Positions 23,904 to 35,695 of a stretch of DNA of 47,048 bases are shown here, piece by piece (the first letter of the stretch is position 1; each line of letters opens with the position of its first letter). The notes under the pieces are model-generated. The model saw only the letters and a program-made list of their open reading frames with translations, did no database searches and had not been told where the DNA came from. The stretch spans positions 1 through 47,048 of the forward strand of contig ML002289.1 in assembly GCA_003614675.1 (NCBI GenBank). Direction: 5' to 3'. The DNA is from Dimargaris cristalligena (lineage: Eukaryota). Both the position numbers and the translations under genes were made by a program.

Positions 23904-24699
23904 ACGTCATCGAGACTGTGGTTCGGGAGACACCTTCGATTCTCTACGCCAGGGTCTCTCAATCACACGTCACTGACTCTCCCTCGTCTTCATGGACTCC
24001 GATCCAAGTGACGTACCAGATCTTCGGAATCGGTGGGTATTGCAGCACAGTAGCAAATATCCCCCGTCTATGCCTCTGGGCCTTTTATCAAGGAGCACCC
24101 CGATGAATGCTGAATTAACCGAACCCCAATCGAGTTACCTTCCGCAGCCATTCCAGCCGAAATGACGTTTCAGGCAAATACCCAGGGGGTACTGCAGTAG
24201 GTTCATTGCTCTTTGGTAAAAGGGAACACATCCACTACTTCAACCCCTAAAATATTTCGATGGGCTATTTGCCCAATAATAACGTAGAGGTATGTGATGT
24301 CAGTCTGGTTCAGCAGCCAATAAGCGGCATCAATTAGGCTGCCCCTTGAAAACGATATAGCCTGATATGGATTGGCTAGACTGCATCCTAGTAGAGTTTA
24401 CCACAACCCCTGTGAATGCAAACAAGCAACGTCATTAAAGCGGTCACCTGACGCCGCAACAGATAATAATTCAGTCGTTGTCGTCTTATTCGGCCCTATG
24501 CAGGTCGCCGAAGCCGAGGCAATGGCGTTTGCTGACGGAATAACGGGGTTGTCCATTCTACAGCTGAAGTCGGGCAATCGTCGTTTATCTACAGTTGGCG
24601 TCATGTCTATACCACTCACTGATTTAACGGCAACAGCCAAATATGGCATTTCTAGAGGGGATCAGGCACCATCGAAACTACCGAACCGTAATTACGTCA
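23904..24699. promoter_or_regulatory. Cluster of six CRE/ATF-like TGACGT sites upstream of the CsbD-like gene
   Basis: TGACGT or ACGTCA at 23904, 23967, 24009, 24163, 24429 and 24694, plus several STRE-like CCCCT/AGGGG sites between 23512 and 24346. Confidence 0.5.
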
Positions 24700-27600
24700 T
24701 TCACAGTGGGATCGCAATGGCGGAGGTCATTATTATCTGACAGTTACTGGAAAGAACGGTGGGGTTGCTGTATGATTATAGGAGGTCTACAACTGACTGC
24801 ACCCAAGACAGGACGGAGTGGGAGATATCGCGAAAATACCGGGATGAAACCAATCCCCGGTTTGGGTTTGGATGCTAAAAGAATAGACATGAAATGATGC
24901 TGATGCAAGCACAGTAGGTAAACCTTCCCTAGTAAGCCAATTTTCACTCTGCCATACGGGTTAACCCACGGTTAAAGCTGCTGGCGTAGGTTCGGGCTCA
25001 TTTTCAAGGGAGTAGGTACCACCACCACCCATCCAGCTTCGCCCTTACCCCCAAAAGGCTGCATTATTGACTACCATGCCCTTTGGTTACGGTAGGAAAC
25101 ATTCTTCCCATATAACTTAAGCTACTGTGGCATACCGGATAGTAAATAAATGTCGAATTGGCAGCGTCAATAACCTCAAACCCCACTGCCAGCCAAGTCC
25201 AAAGGGTGGTTTAACGCGCCACTGTCGGGCATAATAATGCATGCCATAGATCCAACCTGACCCCTAATCGAAAAATCACCTTTCAATGTGTAGGACCAAG
25301 CCGGGTTTAAAAAATATACACGTTATGCTCCCATTTGCGTTTCACCCAATGCCCCGTAGGCCTCGGCCAAACTCACATACTACATGTTAATCGCAACTCC
25401 AACAGTAAATTATAGCCCCCTGAATCCAGTTTGCAGCGAAATTAACCTATCTTTCAGTTTCGAGACACTCCAAGTGGAACATGTCTGTGAATCATTTCGT
25501 TGGCCAAGTCTAACGCTAGGTGATATCGATAGAGTCGGGAGTCATCTGTATTAGGCGAGTGGGATTATCTAGCCGGTATATCGGAAACTCCAAAACTAGA
25601 CAAATTCTGAAATATCTATTTTTGATAGCAATATTCTCTACCTTACAGCCCCATCAGTTCTATCCTGATCGAGATACCCAAATCACCTTGTAATAAAAAA
25701 CCCCTTCCAAAACTCCTCAACATTAAGTGTGGACTATCATTCAATTGTCCATCTCCTTAGTTATACGCCAGGGACACCGAGCTTCCACCTGTCCATTTCC
25801 AGAGAAACAGTAAGGCAGAATTGAGCATGTATACGTGGGCGGGGTCCGGGTAAACTCGACATGGAGTACTGTGTCGGTCCATATGTGGAGTACACTAGTA
25901 AAGGGCTTATCGTTGGGATACCTGTTAACTAAGCCTGGCCATGAACCCACGCAATATCTTTCTTTGGTGGATTTATCTATTGGATTGCACTATTAGAGGA
26001 ATAGGGAGGAGTCTCGCCTTCATATTAGGCGATTCATCCTCAATAAATGCCAAGTGAGCCAATCAGTAGCATCATTCCTCCCCCAACATCGACAATGTTT
26101 ACAAATCACAGGTTTCAACGGTTGAAGGCAGAATATGTCCATAAAACACCGATATATTCCGGTTTTATTCGTTTAGCTTCTCTGGATATAACGATAACCG
26201 TTTCTTAACATAGAATTTGTTAAGATTGCCACTTGCTGTTGCCTATCCAGTTCCTCAACAAACGGAAATGTGCAAAGATGATTGTATATGGAAATACCGC
26301 TCCCCAAGTCTGCTATAAATCATTTTAAACAACACACCACCCACTCAGGTTATATAAATAGAAGCTTGAAAATCAATAATACTTGAATGATTAAGCCGAC
26401 CGCAATGGCATATCCGTATTAGGCCAGCGAAAAAACTCAACGACTGAACAGGTGGCACTAGAGTGGGGTGATTTACTATCACTATAAAGAGGTGTGAAGC
26501 CCTGCATGGCCCGTTTGACCAGTCGTTTACACTAAGATCTCCAGTCGGATGTAACCACGGACAACTCTAAAAGTTCGTAGCATCATTCATCGCCTGTAGG
26601 CAAACTGGCTGTTTTAGGGTCTGACAAATGGAAGTAACTGGCCAGGAATCCCCCATACACTCAGAGTCGGATGCTACTCCGCTTTTTTTTATCCGTCAAT
26701 TAATAATGGGCCGTCGTGGGTCATGGGAGCAAACCCTAGTTTAATATAAAGTTTAGGAAATTCCATCCAGTGTGTGACCCTCAGCTATTAGGCAGGGACT
26801 GCGTATTGTCGATCCCATATGGTAGTAATGTGGATGTAGTGTATAGAGGGTGGGTCAGGCCAGGATGCCGCTACGAACCGAGTAATTCAACATTGATGAT
26901 CAGGCCAAAAACAGAGTAATCCTTGGACTGGAAGTCCAGGGGGTAGATATGCATTTATATATATATATATATATATAAGTAGCCAATTCTGGTTTCCGCC
27001 CAAGTGCATTTTATAAAGAGTTGATTCTAGACGACAGTGCCATTTACAAAAATTACTTCCACAAACTAACGCGTTCGCGATGGCATCCTTAGTTGTATTG
27101 GAAAGGACAAAGTAAATTCTCCTTATTGAGGATCTTCAGACCCGGCCGAATTAGCTAATTACTCATATTGGCCTTGAGCTCAAATCAGAAAATGTCCGTC
27201 CAAAATTGGCAATAGCTTAATATTCCCACCCCACTGTAGCGCACCCGTTCTCCAAGTACTTCCCCACCCCACTCGGCCAAACATGAAGGCCGCTAACACT
27301 ACGATGGCCCGTTGACACTCGAAACAAATTCAACCTGTTTCATTTTTACCAACTATTGTTTGACAAGGAGCTTTACTGTACAAGGTTGATATAGTGGTGG
27401 GATAATCCGCCTTAGTACTCATGTTTAGGCGGTACCTTAGGGTAAGTACCACCCTGATGGCCATTTATTGACACTGGTGTCCTATTAGGGACCGACAACG
27501 ATACATTAAACATAGTGGGAATATAGTCGTTAAAGCGGGATCCAGTGTCGCTGAATGGTGATACTCCAGTCCAATACTCGTAAGGGTAAAGTCTAGGGTC

Positions 27601-28517
27601 TCTCGGTATGGCCCCCACTTACGCAACTGTTAGCTCAGTCATTTTCTGTAGGGACCGAGAGCGGGCCGCCTACATAGTGAGCCCCAACATCACCCGACCA
27701 TTTTTACGCAGCCCATTCCTCATAAAGACCAAGGAAGACAGTGGCGACTATGAGTTGACTGTTAAGCCCTTTTAAAGCGCAAGGGAGTAGACCATTTTTA
27801 GATTGTCTATATATCAATCAATGCCGAGTAAAGAGAGTGCACAACTCCCCAGGGTAACTACTGTTGTGCTTCATTTCACGACCAGGGTAGAACAAGGAAG
27901 CGCTGTGTATGGCTGCCAACTCTATGAAGTGTTGGTGATCAAGTGGATCGCGGGAGGGTGATCTATACCCCTCCTCTTCCCCCTTTTTTCTTAGAGATGT
28001 AGCCGACTTTCCTTCCAGACACGGTTTGCCATTAAGAAATTATGCGTTGAAGCTGGCGGCTCAGGACATGCCGAAAATATGAGTGACGTTTCAGGTCGAT
28101 GAAGAGCCTAATAATGGACGCGCTTACAACCACTGGCTCCTTATACCTACCTGAATAAGCAATGCCAAAAAGAGAAATGTTGCATTGGTAGTTTAACCGT
28201 GAAGGTCAATCCTCGCTTTCCTTGTTTGGCTGCTGGTCAGTATGTCTTGAGACCCCTCCCCTCTTCTCACCATCCCGCAAAATTAACCTACAGCCGGCGA
28301 TTTTTGAGGTGCCATTCCCAGTCAGAGCGAATCCCGTTAAAAGCATAAATACCGACGGCTTTCCGCCACTACCGAACTATATCAAATCCCATCTTCTTCA
28401 ATCCCACCGGCTCATCTCTAGCACATTACCACCGCGTTTCGCATTCCAATCTCTCTTTGGCACCCCACACCCACACCCACTCACATTACCCACTCCCCAC
28501 CTGTCCTATCTTCTACC

Positions 28518-28709
28518 ATGGTCTCCCTTCGTTTCGCCGTTGTCGTTGTTCTCGCCGTCGCCTTAGTGGCTGTCCAGGCCCACCCCGTCCAAGACAATGT
28601 TCCCGATCTTTCCAAGCGCCAAATGGAAGGCGGCCCCGGCGATGATGGTAACGGTACCGGCCCCGGCTGGAGCTCCTGCTGGAACGGCAGCTGGTGGATG
28701 CCCTGCTAA
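28518..28709 (+). CDS. Secreted prepro-peptide (63 aa): signal peptide, pro-region, Kex2 KR site, 29-aa Gly/Trp/Cys-rich mature peptide
   Basis: MVSLRFAVVVVLAVALVAVQA|HPVQDNVPDLSKR|QMEGGPGDDGNGTGPGWSSCWNGSWWMPC*. It has an ACCATGG Kozak context, strong C-ending codon bias, a CATAAATA box at ~28344 and C/T-rich UTRs like other genes here. Confidence 0.82.
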   Translation: MVSLRFAVVVVLAVALVAVQAHPVQDNVPDLSKRQMEGGPGDDGNGTGPGWSSCWNGSWWMPC

Positions 28710-29602
28710 GCACCAGGCCACGGTGGTACGATGATCTCCCTCGACCTCATCCTCATCCCCGTCCTATCCTTCCTCCACCTCTCCTCTCCTCTCACTTTAT
28801 CACTTTCTCCCCTTTTACCCTCCTCACTCTAATGACCTGACGAAAGTACGATTAATAATTATTACGCTTCGGGGTATTGTTGATTATCTTAGATAGAAAC
28901 GCCAATACTCTACATAACTTCGATTACTCACCCTTCCCATCCTAATTTGTACATGTATGGATGTGTTATTAATTGGCTCATATATTCGACCCATCCTGCC
29001 GGGGTTTCATGCCTTCTCTGTTATATTCCAATAAACTAATTACAAAATACTATTGGGCTGTTTTAATAGTATTGAATAGGTATGCATATACACCCCAACC
29101 CTCTACACACATTATCATTAGGCCCTGCTTAGCCGACCTACTTCCATGTCGTAGCTTAGACAATAGTAACTTATTCGACCCTTATAGGGGGTAGATTTCG
29201 AGTGTTACGGATGTTAGATTGGCATCGAATATCAGAGAACAATGGCGCTGACTCGCATAGCTCTGTATATTTCTGGGGCACTCTCTTTTCATTTCCTTTT
29301 CAAAACTCGTTTTATATATATAATAGGGAAGGGTCTAGCGCCTAATATCGAACTGGGTTAAAATAACTCAGGTCTAATGTTCATCAAATCCGGGACATAA
29401 TGAGGGGGTGAGATGCTTGTTAAATGGATAAAACCTGATCAGCGATCTGTAGGTATAGTATATTGACGGGCTAGGTCTGGGAGAGTCTCTCGGGAGGCCA
29501 GGTCTTGTTGGCCAAGCTAACCGGTTAGATACAATGCCTGAGAAAACGGACTGACTTCTATTTACTTATATCGACTCGGCAAGAGCGGATATTTCGATTC
29601 GC

Positions 29603-31513
29603 TCAATACCTCCGAACCGCCGGCGGCGGCGGCGGCGGTGGCGGTGGTGGTGGTGGGGGAGAAGGAGATGCAGGTGGAGGAGGGGGAACGGATGAAATCA
29701 CTTGCTGGTCTGATTCGGATTCAAAATCAGCCTGTCCATCCACCGTAGACTGATCCGCTGGCGGAGGCGATGGGGGTAAATCAGGAGAAGGGGGAGGAGA
29801 AGAGGGAGGGGGTATAGAAGCCCGGTCCGACAAAGAAAAGGGGTCCAGCATATCCGGGCGCCGCTTTTCGGGGAGAGTAATGGTGTCCCCCGGGGCTGGA
29901 GCCGTTGCATCTCCCACATAAGTATCTAAGAAGGCGTTTTCGCTATCAATCGCATCAGCCCTGCCCAGGGCAAAGTCTTTCGCAAAAATATCATCGCCAA
30001 TCACAGTGTAGTACAAGTCCTCGGCCCGGGAAGTGACGTCGAGATTATAATCGTTGGGCAGTCCGATTAGGTGCCTACGAAACGCCTTGGAGAGTTTCTT
30101 GAAATCTGGGTTAGGCCCACTGGCCGTATCATTAAGGCGGTCAAACCAGTGGATCAGCGTGGTACTGACTTGTTGAAATTTAGAGCCATAGAACATAATC
30201 GTATCTACGAAAACGCGGAGAAGGGCAGCGGCTTGGTAACGCTCCCACATGAGACACATCATAAAAAAACCGAGATATTCTAAAGGGGCAAAGGGTCGGA
30301 TGTCATTGCGAGGTAGATCACGGGAGCCCAACTCCCGGTTGATTAGGAGAAGCTCCCATAAAGTCGCCACATCGTCGACGAGAATAGCGGCCCGAATACA
30401 GTCGGTTAGCACTATAAATCCGGTCACCTCCAGCAGGACGGATTCCTCGCTACCTATCAAGTTGAAACCGTCGCCCATGGTTTGTAGACGTGAATGGATA
30501 ATATCCACGGCTAGACCCCCGCGCTTTTCAAAAACCAGCATAGCGGACATGTGGGCCCGCCGGGTTTGCGGATCCCGAATATCCGGGATGCGTTTGATAT
30601 ATTTTTCCAAAATTGCTTTGCCCCGGAGGGGAGCGTAGTAGTTTTCGTCGAGATTGTAAATCACGTGCCGCAATTTGTCCTCGGGCCCCGTTTGGATGAG
30701 TTTCCGTAAGTTTTGGTAGTGCTGAGTGTCCGTCGTTTTGGAAATGTAATTGGCAAAGTCATCTTTACTCTAATGTACGAAAGAGGAAATGGGTTGGATA
30801 GTAGGAATATTAGGGACCGAGTTAGTGAACCTTGGTCTATAGGATGGGCAATTAAGGAAGGTCGGATTAACGGGCGTTGAATACAAAATAGTAACACTAA
30901 GGATAGCTACTAGGTCTCTCCGTTGTAACTAATTGTGAAATGGGGGTATATGGTAGGGCCATTAACCATAATTAAATTTTAGAAGTCGTACTAAATATAG
31001 GCAACACTGACCAAGCATCGCTTGGAAATATTGCCAAGATGGCCCGTACTGCCCTGTCGGACCCCCAGACTATAGAAAGGCACTTTCACTTACTCGATTT
31101 ATCAAGTTTTCCTCGTATTCTGTGCGTTCCGTGACGAAGACACTCAGGACAGTCGGATATTTAAAAAGTTCAATGACCGAGGAAGGTAGGTCGTCCAACA
31201 CCAGTGCGTCCAAGGGGATGGTATACGCTTCGCTGTACGTGGGAAGAGACTCGGCTTGGCCAGTGGGGTCTGCCTCCGGCTGGGGATGGTAAACCACCCG
31301 GCGGGGAAATGTCCTGTCTTGCGACCGAGCAATGGATGTCCCGTACGTGGGTAACCCGCGGGGGTCTTCAGTGGAATAGTCGCCCAACTTATTTACACTC
31401 AGGTGTTCCATCGATGGCTCGCTGAGTCCTTTTTCCAAATTGCCTAGGGCACTGCCTGACATATTGGCAAAATAGAGACTGGCTAAAAATATACTATAAG
31501 TAAAATAAGCCAT
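29603..31513 (-). CDS. Secreted effector-like protein, ~528 aa, with LPxY motifs and a polyproline tail (exons 31513-31094, 30769-29603)
   Basis: N-terminal signal-like sequence MAYFTYSIFLASLYFANMSGSALG. A gtaagt donor and cattag acceptor join the two ORFs in phase 0 (ENLINR|SKDDFANY...KLRHVIY). The C-terminus is Pro-rich. Confidence 0.75.
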
Positions 31514-33387
31514 AGTTGACGGTTATTGGAGTGACATGGAGGTTTTAAGCGATAGTAAAATAGTCAAAGCAAAAGGACAGTGTAGCGGGGTGTCGCCGAT
31601 ATCTGAGTATACTTCAAAATTAATAATAAAAGGAAGGGGGATAATGTAAACTAACTAAACAACATCAGCATGATGGTGCAAGCAGCTGCGCTATGTGGTC
31701 TATAGCTAAAGTATATGGCTGGAAATGAAATAGCACCTTGGAAAAATTAGATATAATAAACTACGTCCCTAAACTGGACAAGGCGTAGAAAATGGGCTCA
31801 AATAAAGTCGTTACTATATACTTGGACAATGGAAGGGATAGTCTCAGGCTATATATATATATATATTATATATAACCCAAGGAGGTTATATTGCCCCAAC
31901 TTTGACCTACCGTCCACTTGGGCAAGCGAGACCCCACCAACGGCACATTCTGGGCTGCTCATAGGGAAAGAGGGGGAGAGAGAGTATCCAAGAAGTGCAC
32001 GTCCTTGCTCAATAAGGCCATTGGTCCACCTACCTTCCCCCTCCTTTTCCCCTTTATATAACAATTTGTCCAACATTGGCTAATTTAGGCAAGCCGGAAG
32101 CTCGGGTCACTTTGGGACCTATTAATCCCCATTAGTCTAGTCTTCCATTGACAAAGCACCGGCGGATTTTCCGCCATTCTCTGTGGCCCGTTTAGCGAGA
32201 TAAAAATGGACTTACACCCACCACAGCATTAAATTAATTTGCACTATATAAGAGAGATGGCGAGGGTGGTTAGAGAAAAGGGGCAATGCAACCCGGCAGG
32301 GGGACCTTTCATGTATTAGCTGCTGAAAAGTACACCAACCACCCTTGGGCACCCCTAGATCCCATGGTGCTCTTTACACATTTGGCAGTACCCATCACCA
32401 CCAGTTTCTACCATCAGTTGTGGAATCAAATTTTTACGCCAGCTGGCTAATTGGTCTTGGTTAGCGCACTAGGAATTCTAATTAGTATTTCCCAAAGCCA
32501 GTAAGGAGTCGCCGATATGGTCATTTTTGATATGGAAGAGTTGGCTTGAAAATGTTGGACTGTGTTGGTCTTAAAATAGTCAACAAATAAGACCTTATTA
32601 GGCTAGCTACTCTCAATAATGCTGGTATACTAAATAGCCCAGCCTAAAGCTGTGAGTCTTTTGGTGGCAATATAAAGGTCCAATATTAGGCCTGCTTTTA
32701 ATATTATTATATTTAGCCATGTTGGTATAGTCACTATCGTTTTCCTTGTGGGTGGGGTATATTCCAATTAGCCAAAAGCTGCGCCGGTTTTTGGGTTAAT
32801 GTCAGACTAATTGATCCAAAAATGGACAGCTTCTATCCAATAGTTTACGGACGGGGGAGAGGGGAGGGAATTCCCACTGGGGCTAAAGCACAATGGAACT
32901 ACTGTGGATAAAGTGGCGCAAGTAATCTGAACCTCCGATAGACTGGGTTACTTTGATTCGGAACCCGTAGTGGTTTTTCACGCTGGTACTATATTTTGCT
33001 ATGGCAATCCGCCTTCAATGACGCTTCCCCGATTTTGCAACTGAAATTAACCAGCCTCCCACTCAGTAGTGTGTAGCATCACTCGCTTCATCGGAAGCCA
33101 TCCACACCATATGAAGGCGCCAAGTCGCTGGGCGTTTCCCAAGTCACCTAGGCTAGTGCCATTATTACCGTTGCTATAAGCGTGATGTGTTTCTGATGAT
33201 TATTAGACCCGCACTTTTTCTCTTCCATCGTTGAGGGATGGGTCGAAGAAAAGCATATGAAAAGAAAAGGTGGACTTTTGCTTTACTTCATAGTTTGTCT
33301 GGTTCATTAATGTATAATTAAAACAAAAGACGTAGGGGGGGGGATAAAAGTATTATATGTACTAGTCCACGTATTTTTATGCCAAAA

Positions 33388-35101
33388 TCAGGATTTCGGT
33401 AGCTTAGTATCAGGGGATTCCGTTGGGGGGGACGAAGGCTCCTCCGATTCGGGGCCGGATTGGACGTCGTCTTCGATCATTTTGAGAAGGTCGTCAACTT
33501 CTTGACCACAGCGGAATACCAGCTTGACCCTGCGGCGGTCTCGCATACGACGGTTGACCAATCCACTCAATGCCTCGCTGTAAATAAACAGGGCCTCCTC
33601 GACCAAGCGCTATAAGTAGAACGTATAGAAAATATATATAAAATATATAGGGAAATCCAAGCAGCACTTAGTATATTATACACTTATTCCAAGGCCCTCT
33701 CTTGGAGCGCCATCGTTTTGAAGCATCCTTCGAGGGACTATTGCATACGTGGCTTAAATTGAGGGGGGGTTGATGTAGATAAATAGTAAAATATAGGTCT
33801 ACGGTCAAACCAGGGAACTAACCTGATCAATCGATGGGTCGTTGTTAGTGGGGACCCACCACACTTCGGCCTTTTTGAAGTCTGCGGACATGTTGACCTG
33901 AATAGCGCCCGTTATAAAAACCGGCAATCAATGAAATTCAAATAAGGGTTAGTTTGACGGGATGGAAGATGATAAATACATATAGAAGAGTGTATTTCAA
34001 TGAAAGGTAATTATTTTGGGGTGAGTAAATAGTGGCAGTCGTGCCACAATTTTACATACCTTAGTTACATTCCAATGAATTGGTGCTAGGATAGCGATGG
34101 GGAGAGCGTCGGCGGTTAGAGTGTTTTGAAGAGCCTTGACGACCCGATTGGCATAGCGTTCCCGGGCCGACTGGACCTGGTCGGGAGAAGGAGAGAAGCT
34201 ATCTTGTGATGATACAACTCGAAGAGCCTGTTCAAGGCGAGTGGCCTTTTTCTGTAGTGTTTCCAAGAGATTATGCCCAAATAGCGCCGTGGGTGATTAG
34301 TAACATGCACATAAATTCATATGGGTGAAATTCGGCCCAGCTATATAAGGATTTACATTATACGTGTATGGGAAAATATATGGGAAATGTATTTTTAACT
34401 AGTTATATTGGCCGAATCTAATGGGTTTTTCGTTATACAGCTTGGATGAACTTCTCCCATATGTAACTGCCCCTCGTGGTAGTCTTTACCCCTTCCGGGA
34501 AATTCAAAAATACAATGCAAATCCGAGTAAGCGACACCTAGTAGTATACAATTAGATCCAGCGAAACATACCAGTTCTTTAGCAATCGGGCTACGCTTGT
34601 CCCGCTGAAAATACCGAAGGTGCTTGCCGTTGACTGAAAAGTTTTCCAGAATGAAACGTTCTTTACGAAGAGTAGCTTCCTTAGCTGCGACTGCAACAAT
34701 CATATATATAGGGGCCATCAAATTCCAGATGGGTGGACCATACGTATTTTGTATTCGTCAAAATAGGTAGTTGCAGGATTAAATGGGGTTAAAGGATTTT
34801 CTCCCGGAATTGGCAATAAAATGGGCACTTGTTAATTTCCCGAGGCCGCGGATAAATACCAAAGGGGGTGGGGTGGTATGGGCTACATTAAGGTGGCCAC
34901 TATAAAAAATGGATACATATTCGGCCTACTTTTCTCGGGATCGGGGGTCTCTGAAAGGTACTTTGTCCTCGTTGAATAAGGGGTAGTGAATTGCTGGCAT
35001 GCCGAAATTGGGAGACCTGGCGATCGGGTAGTATGTTTGAGCGATTGGGCTACCCCAGGAAGACCGACCCATTTTGGTATTATAAACTTCGGTAGCGACA
35101 T
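33388..35101 (-). CDS. RBFA: Mitochondrial ribosome-binding factor A (RbfA family) (exons 35101-34930, 34690-34572, 34251-34060, 33897-33823, 33609-33388)
   Basis: Spliced product has a basic N-terminal presequence, then RERYANRVVKALQNTL, WNVTK|VNMSADFKKAEVWW (RbfA 'VT.V.vSpDl..AkVy'), LVEEAL...LSGLVNRRM and RRRVKLVF (RbfA 'R..PeL.F'). All junctions are GT-AG and in phase. Confidence 0.75.
34319..34462 (-). mobile_element. 144 bp MITE, copy 2, inside RBFA intron 2
   Basis: Terminal inverted repeats CATATGGGTGAAATTCGGCCCAGCTATATAA / TTATACAGCTTGGATGAACTTCTCCCATATG. Homologous to 5913-6056 and 45538-45681. Confidence 0.75.
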
Positions 35102-35695
35102 TGGAGAAGGGGAATAAAGTGGCCGGGATGCATTTATGGTCAGAGGAGAGCGTTGTTGCTGAAAAGGAATCGAGAACAAAACCACTCCAAGGTATGCTTT
35201 CTGGATCAAGGTGAATGGGCGAAGTTCAGAACCCGTTCTCTTTTTCCATGAGGCTGGATAGGCCTCCTTCTAAGCCTCACTCAGTCTCTCCCTCCTGTCC
35301 AAAGTTCTTCATGGGTTTCAAAGCGTGGGCATAGTCCAGCTTTCTTATAGGCGAGGTTTATGTTATTATTGTCCCTTTACGCTCATGGTGGTGACTGTTA
35401 CACCAAGCCTCGGTCAAAGGGTAGTATGAAGGACTTGGCAACTGTCACGCCGTTGATTGGCGACCCTCGTCCAAGCAGCCAGTCGCCGCTCTTGTCGCTT
35501 CTTCTCTGGTGCACAATGCTATGCTAAATGCCTGTTCGTTGGGCCACCTACAATCTTATTTTTGAAATACATACACACATATATATATATATATATTTAT
35601 ACTTATACCACTTGTCTCTAGATTTACGGCAAATCCTTCTTTGGCCCGACTACCCGCCCGGCACCCAACCGCCCGCATGTAACTCTTCTTCTACA

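Noticed and set aside
24372-27618. ORFs at 24372-24740, 25741-25950 and 27412-27618 as possible tailoring enzymes for the peptide gene
   Set aside because: Non-ATG starts and no DUF3328, oxidase or peptidase motifs, so there is no evidence for an adjacent RiPP biosynthetic cluster.
31070-31093. Possible 24-nt micro-intron (gtaagt...ctatag)
   Set aside because: It is far shorter than other introns here and leads to an early stop, whereas the acceptor at 30770 gives a continuous in-frame protein.
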